Shown one piece after another: positions 37,731-46,023 of a stretch of 64,000 nt of DNA. A model generated the notes under the pieces. It worked only from the letters and a program-made list of their open reading frames with translations. It ran no database searches and was not told the DNA's origin. The position numbers were made by a program, and so were the translations under genes. The DNA comes from a virus. The stretch spans positions 5,873-69,872 of IMG/VR virus record IMGVR_UViG_3300028800_000086, one strand, 5' to 3'. Positions within the stretch are counted from its first letter, which is position 1; each line of letters starts with the position of its first letter.

Positions 37731-38115
37731 GGAAGCCTTCGCGCTCGACGACAAGATCAGGGCGAACGCGGCGGCGGATAAGGCGGACCGCTTCGCTAAG
37801 GCCACGGAGGAGCTTCGCGTTATTCGCGAGAAGATCGCCGTGGCGGAGCAGCTTCTGTTTAACCGGCTCGTCGTGGCGTTAAATAACGCCAAGTCGCCGC
37901 CTTGGTCCCCGACCCATCGACACTACAAGGGCGCTCTTTATCGCGTCACAGGCACCAAGCGACAGAACGCCGAACACGACGAACCCATCGACGGTATCGA
38001 GTACGACGACGCCGAAGGCCATCAGTGGTGGCTCCCGCGGCAACGTTGGGAAAGCTTCAACGGTGCGGGCAAGCCGCGTTACGCGGCGATCTTGCCGGGC
38101 GATCGCGATGACTAA
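37600..38115 (+). CDS. Coiled-coil + DUF1653-like domain protein
   Basis: HRHYKGALYRV...EY......W.P motif. Confidence 0.55.
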   Translation: MDSQAREVSPGEMRLAAENELRKFPNDNLTWLQAQRDFAAADAKEAFALDDKIRANAAADKADRFAKATEELRVIREKIAVAEQLLFNRLVVALNNAKSPPWSPTHRHYKGALYRVTGTKRQNAEHDEPIDGIEYDDAEGHQWWLPRQRWESFNGAGKPRYAAILPGDRDD

Positions 38116-38242
38116 GCTCTGCGACGATTGCCTGTTTCGGCACGCCGACTTATATGGCGACGATCATCCTCGCGCAAAATGCGGTCCGACCGGCCGCTGG
38201 TTCGAGGAAAGCCATCCCAAACGGAAAGGTCTATTTCAATGA
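38108..38242 (+). CDS. 44-aa Cys-rich protein
   Basis: Not in ORF track; MTKLCDDCLFRH...CGPTGRWFE, coupled both sides. Confidence 0.5.
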   Translation: MTKLCDDCLFRHADLYGDDHPRAKCGPTGRWFEESHPKRKGLFQ

Positions 38243-38634
38243 TCAAGAAAACTCTCCTTGCGCTCGCCGCCCGCTGCGAAGCGGAACGACCTTCAAGCGA
38301 TCTCGACGACGCGATCGCTGAAGCGTTGGGTTGGGTGAACTTAAATCCGACGAAGATGGCGTTGATCGGTCTTCGTTGGCGCGCGCCGAACGGCGATACG
38401 TGTTATGGTTGCGGTCCTCCCGCATACACGTCCTCCTTCGACGCCGCCTTCACGCTAAAGCCCGAAGGATGGACCGTCGTTAACGTCTCCGATATCGCCG
38501 GCCAGGAAGGCAACCCGATGGTCGAGCTAGGCAACTCGACGCTAACGACGTACGGCAACGGACCGAAGGGCGCGTCGCTCGCGATCGTATTCGCGGCGGC
38601 GGCGTTGCGTGCCGCTTCTCTAGCACAGTTATAA
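38239..38634 (+). CDS. Phage hypothetical protein, paralog of 62020-62436
   Basis: LD.AIAEALGW...YTSSFDAA...AAAALRA. Confidence 0.6.
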   Translation: MIKKTLLALAARCEAERPSSDLDDAIAEALGWVNLNPTKMALIGLRWRAPNGDTCYGCGPPAYTSSFDAAFTLKPEGWTVVNVSDIAGQEGNPMVELGNSTLTTYGNGPKGASLAIVFAAAALRAASLAQL

Positions 38635-38669
38635 AGCGTATCCTTGACGGTCCTGCGCGGGAGTAGGGT

Positions 38670-40175
38670 ATGCCGAAGAAGAAAAAAGATGACGTTGAGG
38701 AGTGGGAGAAAAAGGCCAATGAAAACCTAGACAACATACAGCCTAGCTCGCGTCTCGAAGACTTCGTTTGGGACGCGAGCGGCGGCGTCTACTGGCGGAT
38801 GGACGGACGTTGCATCAAGACCGAGAAAGGCGTGGACTCACTCATCCATCCCGATCTCTGGCCGATGAATGCGCGCACCGAGAAAGTAATCAAGCCATCT
38901 CGCTTCCTCGCCAACAAGGCGAACGGTCGCGTGGTCGACGCGATCACCTATCGCCCGGGGTTCGATCCCGTCATCCGCGGTTACAAGGATATCTCCGGCA
39001 TCATCAGCGCCGATCCGTCCGGCATCCTTCTCAACTTCTATCGGCCGCCCGTCTTCGACGATAAGCTTTGCAAGATCAATTCCGATTTCTTCACCAACCA
39101 CGTCAAGAAAATCTATCCCGGCGAAGGCGATTACGATCACCTGTTCGATTACTGCGCCCACATGATCCAGAAACCGGAGGAGAAGCCGAACCACGGCATA
39201 ATGCTTTCCGGTGAGCAAGGCATCGGCAAGGATTTTATCCTTGAGACGCTTCGTCTTTGCGTCGGCTTCGATAATCAGCGGACCGTATGGCCGCACGAAC
39301 TTCTCGCCGCCGCGAAAGGCGGCTTCAACGCGCATTACCTTCCCTGTATCATGCTCGTCGTTAACGAGACGAAGGAGGAAGGCGAAGTGCAGCCTGTCTC
39401 CTTCTACAACGCGCTCAAGCCGTTCCTCGCCGGTCCGCCGAATACTCTCCCGGTCAACGGTAAGAACCGCGACGTGATCCAAGTTCCGAACCTCGTTAGG
39501 GGTTTCGTTCTTACCAACAAGCCGATGTCGCAATACATCGACCCGAATGACCGGCGCATCTATCCGATGCACTCGACGAAGCTCGCGGAAAATCTCGGCG
39601 GCGGCGAATACTTTAAGAAGCTCTACGGCCACCTGGAGAAAGATCACGGCTATATCGCCGTCTACCACTGGCTGAAAGGCCGCGACATTTCAAACTTCAA
39701 CGCCAAGCAGCCGCCGCCGATGAACGAGGCGAAATCGATGATGGTCGGAAACTTCCGCGTTGATCAGGGCGGCGCGATCCTCCAGGCGCTCGATACGATC
39801 GGCGAACGCGTCATTAATCAGGACGGCAGCGAGACGATCAAGCATCCTGACTTCTTCTTCGTTAATGAGCTTTCATTTCACGAATTCGACGGCAAGGAGG
39901 AGCTTGAACGGCTCCGCAAGTCGAACCGCATCCGCTACGTGATGGAGGAGCTTGATTATTTCGCCTACAATTTCGAGCCTCGTCTAATCCGCAAGGGGAA
40001 GTATCCGTTGAAGGCGTCGAAGGCGTTTATCCGAAAGGAGCTATTCGACGATATCCCGGCGATCGTCGCCGCTCTAAAGGAGCGCGCCCTAGTCTACGTC
40101 CGCGGCGATCTCCCGTACCAGAAGGCCGAAGCTCCGGCATCGAACGTAGTGCCGTTAAAAGGTGGCGGTTTTTGA
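38670..40175 (+). CDS. Primase-associated P-loop helicase (DUF5906-like)
   Basis: Walker A GEQGIGKD, Walker B LVVNE, TN and DRR motifs. Confidence 0.85.
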   Translation: MPKKKKDDVEEWEKKANENLDNIQPSSRLEDFVWDASGGVYWRMDGRCIKTEKGVDSLIHPDLWPMNARTEKVIKPSRFLANKANGRVVDAITYRPGFDPVIRGYKDISGIISADPSGILLNFYRPPVFDDKLCKINSDFFTNHVKKIYPGEGDYDHLFDYCAHMIQKPEEKPNHGIMLSGEQGIGKDFILETLRLCVGFDNQRTVWPHELLAAAKGGFNAHYLPCIMLVVNETKEEGEVQPVSFYNALKPFLAGPPNTLPVNGKNRDVIQVPNLVRGFVLTNKPMSQYIDPNDRRIYPMHSTKLAENLGGGEYFKKLYGHLEKDHGYIAVYHWLKGRDISNFNAKQPPPMNEAKSMMVGNFRVDQGGAILQALDTIGERVINQDGSETIKHPDFFFVNELSFHEFDGKEELERLRKSNRIRYVMEELDYFAYNFEPRLIRKGKYPLKASKAFIRKELFDDIPAIVAALKERALVYVRGDLPYQKAEAPASNVVPLKGGGF

Positions 40176-40357
40176 TGACCCGGGAAGAAGCGAAGAAGGA
40201 ATTGGCGGCGCTTCGTAAGCTGCCGCACCAAAGCAATATCGGCTCATCCTTCGCCCGGATCGATCTGCGCCGTGCGGCGATGCCGCCGCGCGAGCCGAAC
40301 GACGCTGATCTGAACGACGAAGGCGGCAGGCGTAAGGTGCCCATCCGGTACGACTGA
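40172..40357 (+). CDS. Hypothetical protein
   Basis: Coupled to helicase stop. Confidence 0.4.
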   Translation: MMTREEAKKELAALRKLPHQSNIGSSFARIDLRRAAMPPREPNDADLNDEGGRRKVPIRYD

Positions 40358-40385
40358 CCCCACATTCTACTGTCGATATTCGGTG

Positions 40386-40414
40386 TTGCCGGGCAGACCA
40401 TAAAGAGCGATATT
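40386..40414 (+). promoter_or_regulatory. Putative early sigma70-type promoter
   Basis: TTGCCG-N17-GATATT. Confidence 0.55.
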
Positions 40415-40453
40415 CTGTCCAGGCAATTTCGCCCAGCCCGAAAGGATATCACA

Positions 40454-40813
40454 ATGTCTGAAGTTTCCACTGAAGTCGTCGCTCCCGTCGTCGCTCCCGT
40501 CGTCGCTCCCGCGAAGAAGCGCGCCGCGAAGAAGAAGGTCGCGAAGAAGAAGGCGGCTCCAAAGACCGACGCCGATCGCTCCAAGCAGGTCGCGAAGACA
40601 TGGAAGGACCCGAAGGTGGCGAAGGCCCGTTCCACCCGCCACAAGGTCAAGGCCGACGGCAAGGAATTCTCCTCGGTCATCACGGCCTTCGCCGCGCTCC
40701 GGCTCCCCCCGGGCCAGGCGATCTCCTTCCGCCTCAAGCTCAAGAAGGCCGGCAAGCTCACTTTCGAGACGGACACCGGCCGCAAGGTCGCCTTCGCGAT
40801 CGTCAAGGACTAA
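40454..40813 (+). CDS. Lys/Ala-rich histone-H1-like protein with C-terminal globular domain
   Basis: AKKRAAKKKVAKKKAAPK; GAAAGGA RBS; strong codon bias. Confidence 0.7.
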   Translation: MSEVSTEVVAPVVAPVVAPAKKRAAKKKVAKKKAAPKTDADRSKQVAKTWKDPKVAKARSTRHKVKADGKEFSSVITAFAALRLPPGQAISFRLKLKKAGKLTFETDTGRKVAFAIVKD

Positions 40814-40852
40814 CCGCCCGATCGGCTTAGACCGGCCACGCGGAAACCGACA

Positions 40853-40884
40853 AAGGGGCGGCCTTCGGGTCGCCCTTTTTTGTT
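40853..40884 (+). terminator. Intrinsic terminator
   Basis: GGGCGGCC-TTCG-GGTCGCCC then T6. Confidence 0.9.
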
Positions 40885-41045
40885 GTCCCACGCTAGGCCA
40901 CGGAATTTGGCCATAGGACACATTCGCCGTTTCCTGGGACCTTCGCCCATCCCTGTACAGAGTTAGCGAATGTTCTCTATCAGTTCTACACTCGTTCTAT
41001 CCACCAAACCCCTACAGAAATAATGCTGGATATGATGAATATATG

Positions 41046-41075
41046 TTGCCGAAGTGTACGGCGATCGACGATACT
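41046..41075 (+). promoter_or_regulatory. Putative early sigma70-type promoter
   Basis: TTGCCG-N18-GATACT. Confidence 0.55.
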
Positions 41076-41109
41076 TTCTGTGTCGAGAAACCCAGAAAGG
41101 ATAACCGCC

Positions 41110-41568
41110 GTGGCTAAGATTAAGACCGTCGCTTCCTCTGATACCTTCAACGCTCTTTTCGCCGAGGCTCGCGCGGCCGGCGAGCGCAACGATTGTGCCG
41201 TCAAGGCGATCGTTCTCGCCACCGGCGTTTCCTACGAAGTCGCCCGCGCGGCGCTCGCGGTTCGCGGGCGGAAGACGGGTCATGGAGCTTGGCCCAGCGA
41301 CATCAACGCGGTCATCCGCTCCTTCGGCTTCCGTCTCGACTTCGTCATGCAGAGCGAGTTCATCCGGGCGTATCCGCTCCCCCACCGGCACGTCGCGTCT
41401 TGCGTCACGACCCACCATCCCCGCCGCTTCGCGAAGGTCTGGCCGAAGGGCACCTTCCTCATCTACACTCGCGGCCACGTCCTGACCTGCATCGACGGCG
41501 TCGTCCACGATTGGACGATTAACAAGGCGAAGCGCGTCACTGAAATCTTCCGGGTCGTCAAGGAGTAG
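41110..41568 (+). CDS. Small papain-like fold protein (Cys-His-Asp)
   Basis: NDCAVKAI...SY, RGHVLTCIDGVVHDW; GTG start after AGAAAGGA. Confidence 0.6.
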   Translation: MAKIKTVASSDTFNALFAEARAAGERNDCAVKAIVLATGVSYEVARAALAVRGRKTGHGAWPSDINAVIRSFGFRLDFVMQSEFIRAYPLPHRHVASCVTTHHPRRFAKVWPKGTFLIYTRGHVLTCIDGVVHDWTINKAKRVTEIFRVVKE

Positions 41569-41590
41569 TCCCCACCCGGGCGATCGAAAC

Positions 41591-41619
41591 GGGCGGCCTT
41601 CGGGCCGCCTTTTTTATTT
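41591..41619 (+). terminator. Intrinsic terminator
   Basis: GGCGGCC-TTCG-GGCCGCC then T6. Confidence 0.9.
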
Positions 41620-41674
41620 CAGAACGCTTCTAATCGAGCACCGATCGCCCAAGGAAAATCGGGGAATTCGCTAG

Positions 41675-41703
41675 TTGCCTAGCTGCCCGAAATCCCCGAT
41701 AAT
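41675..41703 (+). promoter_or_regulatory. Putative early sigma70-type promoter
   Basis: TTGCCT-N17-GATAAT. Confidence 0.6.
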
Positions 41704-41739
41704 CGACGGGCGCAACTGCCCTTAGAAAGGATAACCGCT

Positions 41740-42666
41740 ATGAACACGAACGATCTCAACGACGATCTCTCCGACCTGCTGGGCCTTCCCGCGGGCACCG
41801 CGAAGCCGCTTCCGATCGATCCGGGCTTCGCCCGCATCCGCGACGCGGTTCCCGACTTCACCGAGACGTGCCCGAAGTGCCGCGGTCGCGGTCGCTTCAT
41901 TTCCTACGCCGGGCGCGACTGCGGTTCTTGCTTCGGCTGCAAGGGGAAGGGCAAGCTGACGTTCCGGACCGCTCCCGAAGCCCGGGCGAAGGCGAAGGCC
42001 GCGCGCGACGCGCTCCCGGGCAAGCGCTGGGCAGCGTGGACGGAAGCCAACCCTATCGAGGCAGCGTGGCTCGCGGCGAAGATCGCGGATAGCCGGGTGC
42101 CGGCCGGCTATCGCGAATTCCTGACGAAGATGCGCAGCGCCGTCGAGGCGTACGGCGATCTCACGCCGGGCCAGCTAGAAGCCGTCCGCAAGGGCGTGGC
42201 CCGGGACGCGTCCTATGCCGAGACGAAGGCGCAGGCGGCCACCGTATCCAATCCCCGGTCCCAGGAAGTCGACGCGTCGAAGATCGTCGAGGCGATCGCG
42301 AAGGGCAAGGCGTCCGGTCTGAAGTGGGTGTGCCTTCGCTTCGTCGGCGCGGTCATCAGCGAGGCGAAGCGCCATCCCGGAACGCTCTACGTCAAGGGCG
42401 ACGGCGTCTATCTCGGCAAGATCGCCAACGGCGTCTTCTCACCGTCGCGCGACTGCACGCCGGAACAGCAGGCGGCGATCGTCCTGATCGCTTCCGATCC
42501 GGCCGCGGCGGCGAAGGTCTACGGCATGGCGACGAATTCCTGCTGCGTGTGCGGTCGGGAGCTTACCAACGCAGAGAGCGTCACGACCGGCATCGGGCCG
42601 ATCTGCTCCGGTCGTCTCGGCTTCACGCCGGGCGGCATCAAGGTCTTCCCCGCGATTGAAGGATAA
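41740..42666 (+). CDS. Zinc-finger protein (CxxCxGxG repeats + DUF6011-like C-terminus)
   Basis: CPKCRGRG, CFGCKGKG, CCVCGRELT..ES...GIGPIC. Confidence 0.7.
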   Translation: MNTNDLNDDLSDLLGLPAGTAKPLPIDPGFARIRDAVPDFTETCPKCRGRGRFISYAGRDCGSCFGCKGKGKLTFRTAPEARAKAKAARDALPGKRWAAWTEANPIEAAWLAAKIADSRVPAGYREFLTKMRSAVEAYGDLTPGQLEAVRKGVARDASYAETKAQAATVSNPRSQEVDASKIVEAIAKGKASGLKWVCLRFVGAVISEAKRHPGTLYVKGDGVYLGKIANGVFSPSRDCTPEQQAAIVLIASDPAAAAKVYGMATNSCCVCGRELTNAESVTTGIGPICSGRLGFTPGGIKVFPAIEG

Positions 42667-42807
42667 CGACCGTGAACACAATCTGGAACGCGCTTTCTCA
42701 TATCGCTCGCGAAAGCGTCCGATACACCCACTTCCAAATCATCCCCGACGTTCGGCTTGATCCCTTCGGACGGCATTGGACGGTAGACCGCGGAGCGTTC
42801 CGCAAAT

Positions 42808-42865
42808 AGCCGAAACGCGCTTCGGCGCGTCTGCCGGATCACCGGCACTGATGAGGCTTGTGGTC
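42808..42865 (+). ncRNA. Type II hammerhead ribozyme
   Basis: AGCC-GAAA-CGCGC(TTCG)GCGCG-TC-TGCCGG(ATCA)CCGGCA-CTGATGA-GGCT: full core, three perfect stems, GUC cleavage triplet. Confidence 0.93.
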
Positions 42866-42898
42866 CGTTTCGGACCGACAATAGAAAGGATAACGACT

Positions 42899-43210
42899 AT
42901 GAACAACGATCGACGCAAGCGTATCGACGCTATCTTGGAAGACTTGGCCAAGTTGACGGCGGCCATCGACGCGCTGCCTGATTCCGGCGACATTTCGTCC
43001 GCCATCGAGGAGATCGCGGGCGAGGAACGCGAATACTACGACAACATGCACGAGAACCTGCAGGGCGGCGAGCGCGGCGAGATCGCGGAGCAGGCCGCGT
43101 CAAACCTGGAAGAAGCGCAAGGCGAGATGGATGAACTAGGGGTTTCGGAACTTTCCGACAAGTTGGCGGAAATCGTTGCGAAGCTCGAAGCCGCGCGCGA
43201 TGGAGGGTGA
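42899..43210 (+). CDS. Acidic helical hypothetical protein
   Basis: MNNDRRKRI...EEREYYDNMHENLQGGERGE; strong RBS. Confidence 0.7.
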   Translation: MNNDRRKRIDAILEDLAKLTAAIDALPDSGDISSAIEEIAGEEREYYDNMHENLQGGERGEIAEQAASNLEEAQGEMDELGVSELSDKLAEIVAKLEAARDGG

Positions 43211-43211
43211 G

Positions 43212-43397
43212 ATGACCGAGCACGAAAAGCTAATGTTGAGGCGGCATCTCTACGCCGCCGCGCGGTACTACGCCGCGACGATCGCGACGCTGCAGGACGC
43301 GAACACGATGAGCGGTAACGTCCCGCAAGCCCTGATCGAAAATCTGCGGGCTTCGCGTATCGATGCCCTCGCGATCGCGGAGAGGCTCAATGGTTAA
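43212..43397 (+). CDS. Hypothetical protein
   Basis: GGAGG RBS; fills gap. Confidence 0.5.
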   Translation: MTEHEKLMLRRHLYAAARYYAATIATLQDANTMSGNVPQALIENLRASRIDALAIAERLNG

Positions 43398-44112
43398 GGT
43401 CGCGAAGAAACTGATGAGCCGGCCGACCGTCGTCAAGGCGGTCGCGGCCTTCTTAGGAACGACGGTTAAGACGATCGAAGCGACGCAGGCCGCCGCCGTT
43501 CCCGAAGAACCGATAATTGTTGTCGACGGTATCGACATCACCATCCCGAAGTTCCTTCGCCGCACCACGCGACTAACGCCTGTGCAGATTAAGTACCTAA
43601 CGTCTAAGAACATTCCATGGGCACCGTTCAAGAAGAAAGGAGAAACCGACATGGCTAAGATCAACACCGTAATCGTTAACCGCGAAGCTCCCGTCGAAGT
43701 CAATATGCGCGACGCGAGGGACAACACTAAGCAGGTTTGCTTCGCCAACATGGACGAATTCGAAGCCTGGTACAACCCGAAGCATCATCACTTCATCGGC
43801 GGCCGAACCAGCGAGAAGTATAACCTGATCGGCATCGACGTGAAGTCGTTCGACGACGCCACTTCGAAGAAGCCTGCAATATCCCCCGCGAAGCCGGGTG
43901 ATGAGAAGCCCGCGAAGCCGAGCAACAACGCGCGGGGCGGCAAGGCGACCGTTTGGGCGGACGGAAAGGAACACGGATCAGTTCCCGTCGCCTTCACGAC
44001 GCTTCGTCTTCCGATGAACAAGATGAAGAAGTTTCGTAGCGCGCTCAAGGCCGCTCGCAAGCTCGACTTCATCGACGGTAAGCGCACCGTCAAGTTCGAG
44101 TATCGGCCGTAA
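43390..44112 (+). CDS. Hypothetical protein with internal in-frame start at 43651
   Basis: AGAAAGGAG before ATG 43651; C-terminus paralogous to 40454-40813. Confidence 0.6.
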   Translation: MVKVAKKLMSRPTVVKAVAAFLGTTVKTIEATQAAAVPEEPIIVVDGIDITIPKFLRRTTRLTPVQIKYLTSKNIPWAPFKKKGETDMAKINTVIVNREAPVEVNMRDARDNTKQVCFANMDEFEAWYNPKHHHFIGGRTSEKYNLIGIDVKSFDDATSKKPAISPAKPGDEKPAKPSNNARGGKATVWADGKEHGSVPVAFTTLRLPMNKMKKFRSALKAARKLDFIDGKRTVKFEYRP

Positions 44113-44124
44113 AGGAGAGATGTT

Positions 44125-44310
44125 ATGAACGAAGCAGACAAGAAGATCGTCGCTGCGCGAGCCATGCTCGCCGCACTGGTAGTTGTCCAATCATCGGGCG
44201 GAAACTCGGCGCGGATCGGTGACAAATACGACGACGTGATAATCGCCCGCTCGGCATGGGACGACGTGCTGGCCGCCATCGCCCAAGCCAAGGCCGCAGG
44301 CATATCGTGA
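44125..44310 (+). CDS. Hypothetical protein
   Basis: AAGGAG RBS. Confidence 0.55.
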   Translation: MNEADKKIVAARAMLAALVVVQSSGGNSARIGDKYDDVIIARSAWDDVLAAIAQAKAAGIS

Positions 44311-44561
44311 AAACGACGATCGACATTAAGACGCTCGCCGCCCGGTTCATCGACCGGGCGGGTTCCCGCGTCCTCCTTTACGGGAAGGCGCGCGACGAAG
44401 CCGCCCTAGAATACTTCATTGGTGCCGCGACGCTCGCGGAACTCACGGGCCAGAATTCCCTGGCCACTCGTCTCACTAAGGTCTGCGCCCATATGATCGC
44501 TGTTCGCGGGTTCGCCGCGGTTCGCGAGCTAGCGGATGCCGATATCATCGTGGAGGACTAG
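44307..44561 (+). CDS. Hypothetical protein
   Basis: GTGA-coupled start. Confidence 0.5.
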   Translation: MKTTIDIKTLAARFIDRAGSRVLLYGKARDEAALEYFIGAATLAELTGQNSLATRLTKVCAHMIAVRGFAAVRELADADIIVED

Positions 44562-44562
44562 C

Positions 44563-44952
44563 ATGCAACGCGTTCTAGTATGTGGCGGACGCCACTATAA
44601 CGATCGGGCGAAGGTCTATTCGATCCTCGATGCCCTATCGCCCGAACCCGCCGACAATCCTGATCCGGGTTGTTGGCTCCCCAAGGACGTGACGATTATC
44701 AGCGGAGCTTGCCCGACCGGAGCGGATCGCATCGCGATCGATTGGGCGATCGTCAACTGGACAGGCCTGGAGGAATACCCGGCCGATCACGCGCTCGACG
44801 GTCCTTGGCCCGGCGCGGGTCCGCGCCGCAACGCGCGGATGCTAGAGAAGTCGCGGCCGACGAAAGGCATCGCCTTCCCGGGCGGACGCGGAACGGCGGA
44901 CATGGTTCGCCGGCTCAAGGCGGCCGGCGTTCCCGTCATCGAAGTGAAATAG
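44563..44952 (+). CDS. SLOG/YspA-like (DUF2493) protein
   Basis: RVLVCGGRHY, IISGACPTGAD, AGPRRNARM, AFPGGRGTADM motifs. Confidence 0.85.
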   Translation: MQRVLVCGGRHYNDRAKVYSILDALSPEPADNPDPGCWLPKDVTIISGACPTGADRIAIDWAIVNWTGLEEYPADHALDGPWPGAGPRRNARMLEKSRPTKGIAFPGGRGTADMVRRLKAAGVPVIEVK

Positions 44953-44966
44953 AAAGGAGAACAAAA

Positions 44967-45296
44967 ATGAAAATCGCCAAGCAGTCTCCACTGACCGGAG
45001 ATTTTAACACCATGGACCTTCCGGTAACGCAGGAGCAACTAGACCGTTGGAAGAAGGGCCGCGAGCTTATCCAGAACGTCTTCCCGCATCTCACGAAAGA
45101 ACAGCGGGAATTCCTAATGACCGGATACACGCCGGCCGATTGGGCGGTGATCTTCCCGCCGCGTTGCGGTAACTGCGAGCATTGGAAGCTCGACGCCGAA
45201 GACGACTATCAATGCGCTAACAAGGTGTCGCTGTTTTTCGGTAAGGTCACCGAGGAAGAAGCGACTTGCGGCGCTTGGACGGAGGAGACGTCATGA
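44967..45296 (+). CDS. Hypothetical protein with Cys-rich C-terminus
   Basis: LIQNVFPHLTKEQREFLMTG.TP..W; CGNCEHW. Confidence 0.6.
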   Translation: MKIAKQSPLTGDFNTMDLPVTQEQLDRWKKGRELIQNVFPHLTKEQREFLMTGYTPADWAVIFPPRCGNCEHWKLDAEDDYQCANKVSLFFGKVTEEEATCGAWTEETS

Positions 45297-45520
45297 CGCT
45301 CAAGCAACTGCGCTCCGCGCTCGCGGCGCTCGATACGAAGTATGACGATTGCCGCGTCGTCGTCTGGCTTCCCGGATCGCGCATCGATCTGGGCAGCGCG
45401 TTCATGAACGAGGGATTGCTACCCTACGTTGACGCGCACTTCTTCGAAGCCGAAGGCACCGGAAGCGTCTTCCTCATCGAGGGAAACGTGCGACCGGGCA
45501 GCGCTCTTTCGAGCGAGTAG
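45293..45520 (+). CDS. Hypothetical protein
   Basis: GGAGG RBS, ATGA coupling. Confidence 0.5.
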   Translation: MTLKQLRSALAALDTKYDDCRVVVWLPGSRIDLGSAFMNEGLLPYVDAHFFEAEGTGSVFLIEGNVRPGSALSSE

Positions 45521-45599
45521 AAACGGGCATCGTCCAAGCGTAAAATTTTCGTAGTCCCTCCTGCCCTCCGGCAGGCGGTCAATCAGAAAGGATAATGTT

Positions 45600-46007
45600 A
45601 TGGAAAAGAAGACGGTCAACAGGGTGACTCAGGCGCAGCAGGCCGCGGTGTTCATCCTTCTCCACGCGCACTGCCGAAAGGTCGACGGCTTCGCGGTCTA
45701 CGATCCTGAATGGGATGATCATCGAGTGCTTGCCGAAGTCAACGCCGCGCATCCCGATGACACGCCGCTGATTCTGTCGAGCGTCGCCTATCGTCGCAGC
45801 AACGTCTACGGCCCGATCACGACGACCGGAAAGCCGTCGTCCACAGTCGAAGTCCGGCTGATGAAGACCGAACGCAATCTGAATGTCCTTCAGTCGAAGG
45901 TCGACGCGTTGGTTGATCAGGTCGCCGCGCTTATCGAGGCGATCAACAACCGGGCGAAGTACGTCGCCCCTCCCGGTCGTCCCGTTTCCGTTCCCCCGTC
46001 CGTCTAG
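45600..46007 (+). CDS. Hypothetical protein with coiled-coil C-terminus
   Basis: AGAAAGGA RBS. Confidence 0.6.
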   Translation: MEKKTVNRVTQAQQAAVFILLHAHCRKVDGFAVYDPEWDDHRVLAEVNAAHPDDTPLILSSVAYRRSNVYGPITTTGKPSSTVEVRLMKTERNLNVLQSKVDALVDQVAALIEAINNRAKYVAPPGRPVSVPPSV

Positions 46008-46023
46008 CAGAAAGGAATACGTC

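Noticed and set aside
40475-40510. GTCGTCGCTCCC x3 tandem repeat as regulatory array
   Set aside because: In-frame coding repeat (VVAP x3) in a low-complexity protein tail
40811-40852. Possible small ribozyme before the terminator
   Set aside because: Only short stems; no twister, pistol or HDV-like core could be matched by eye
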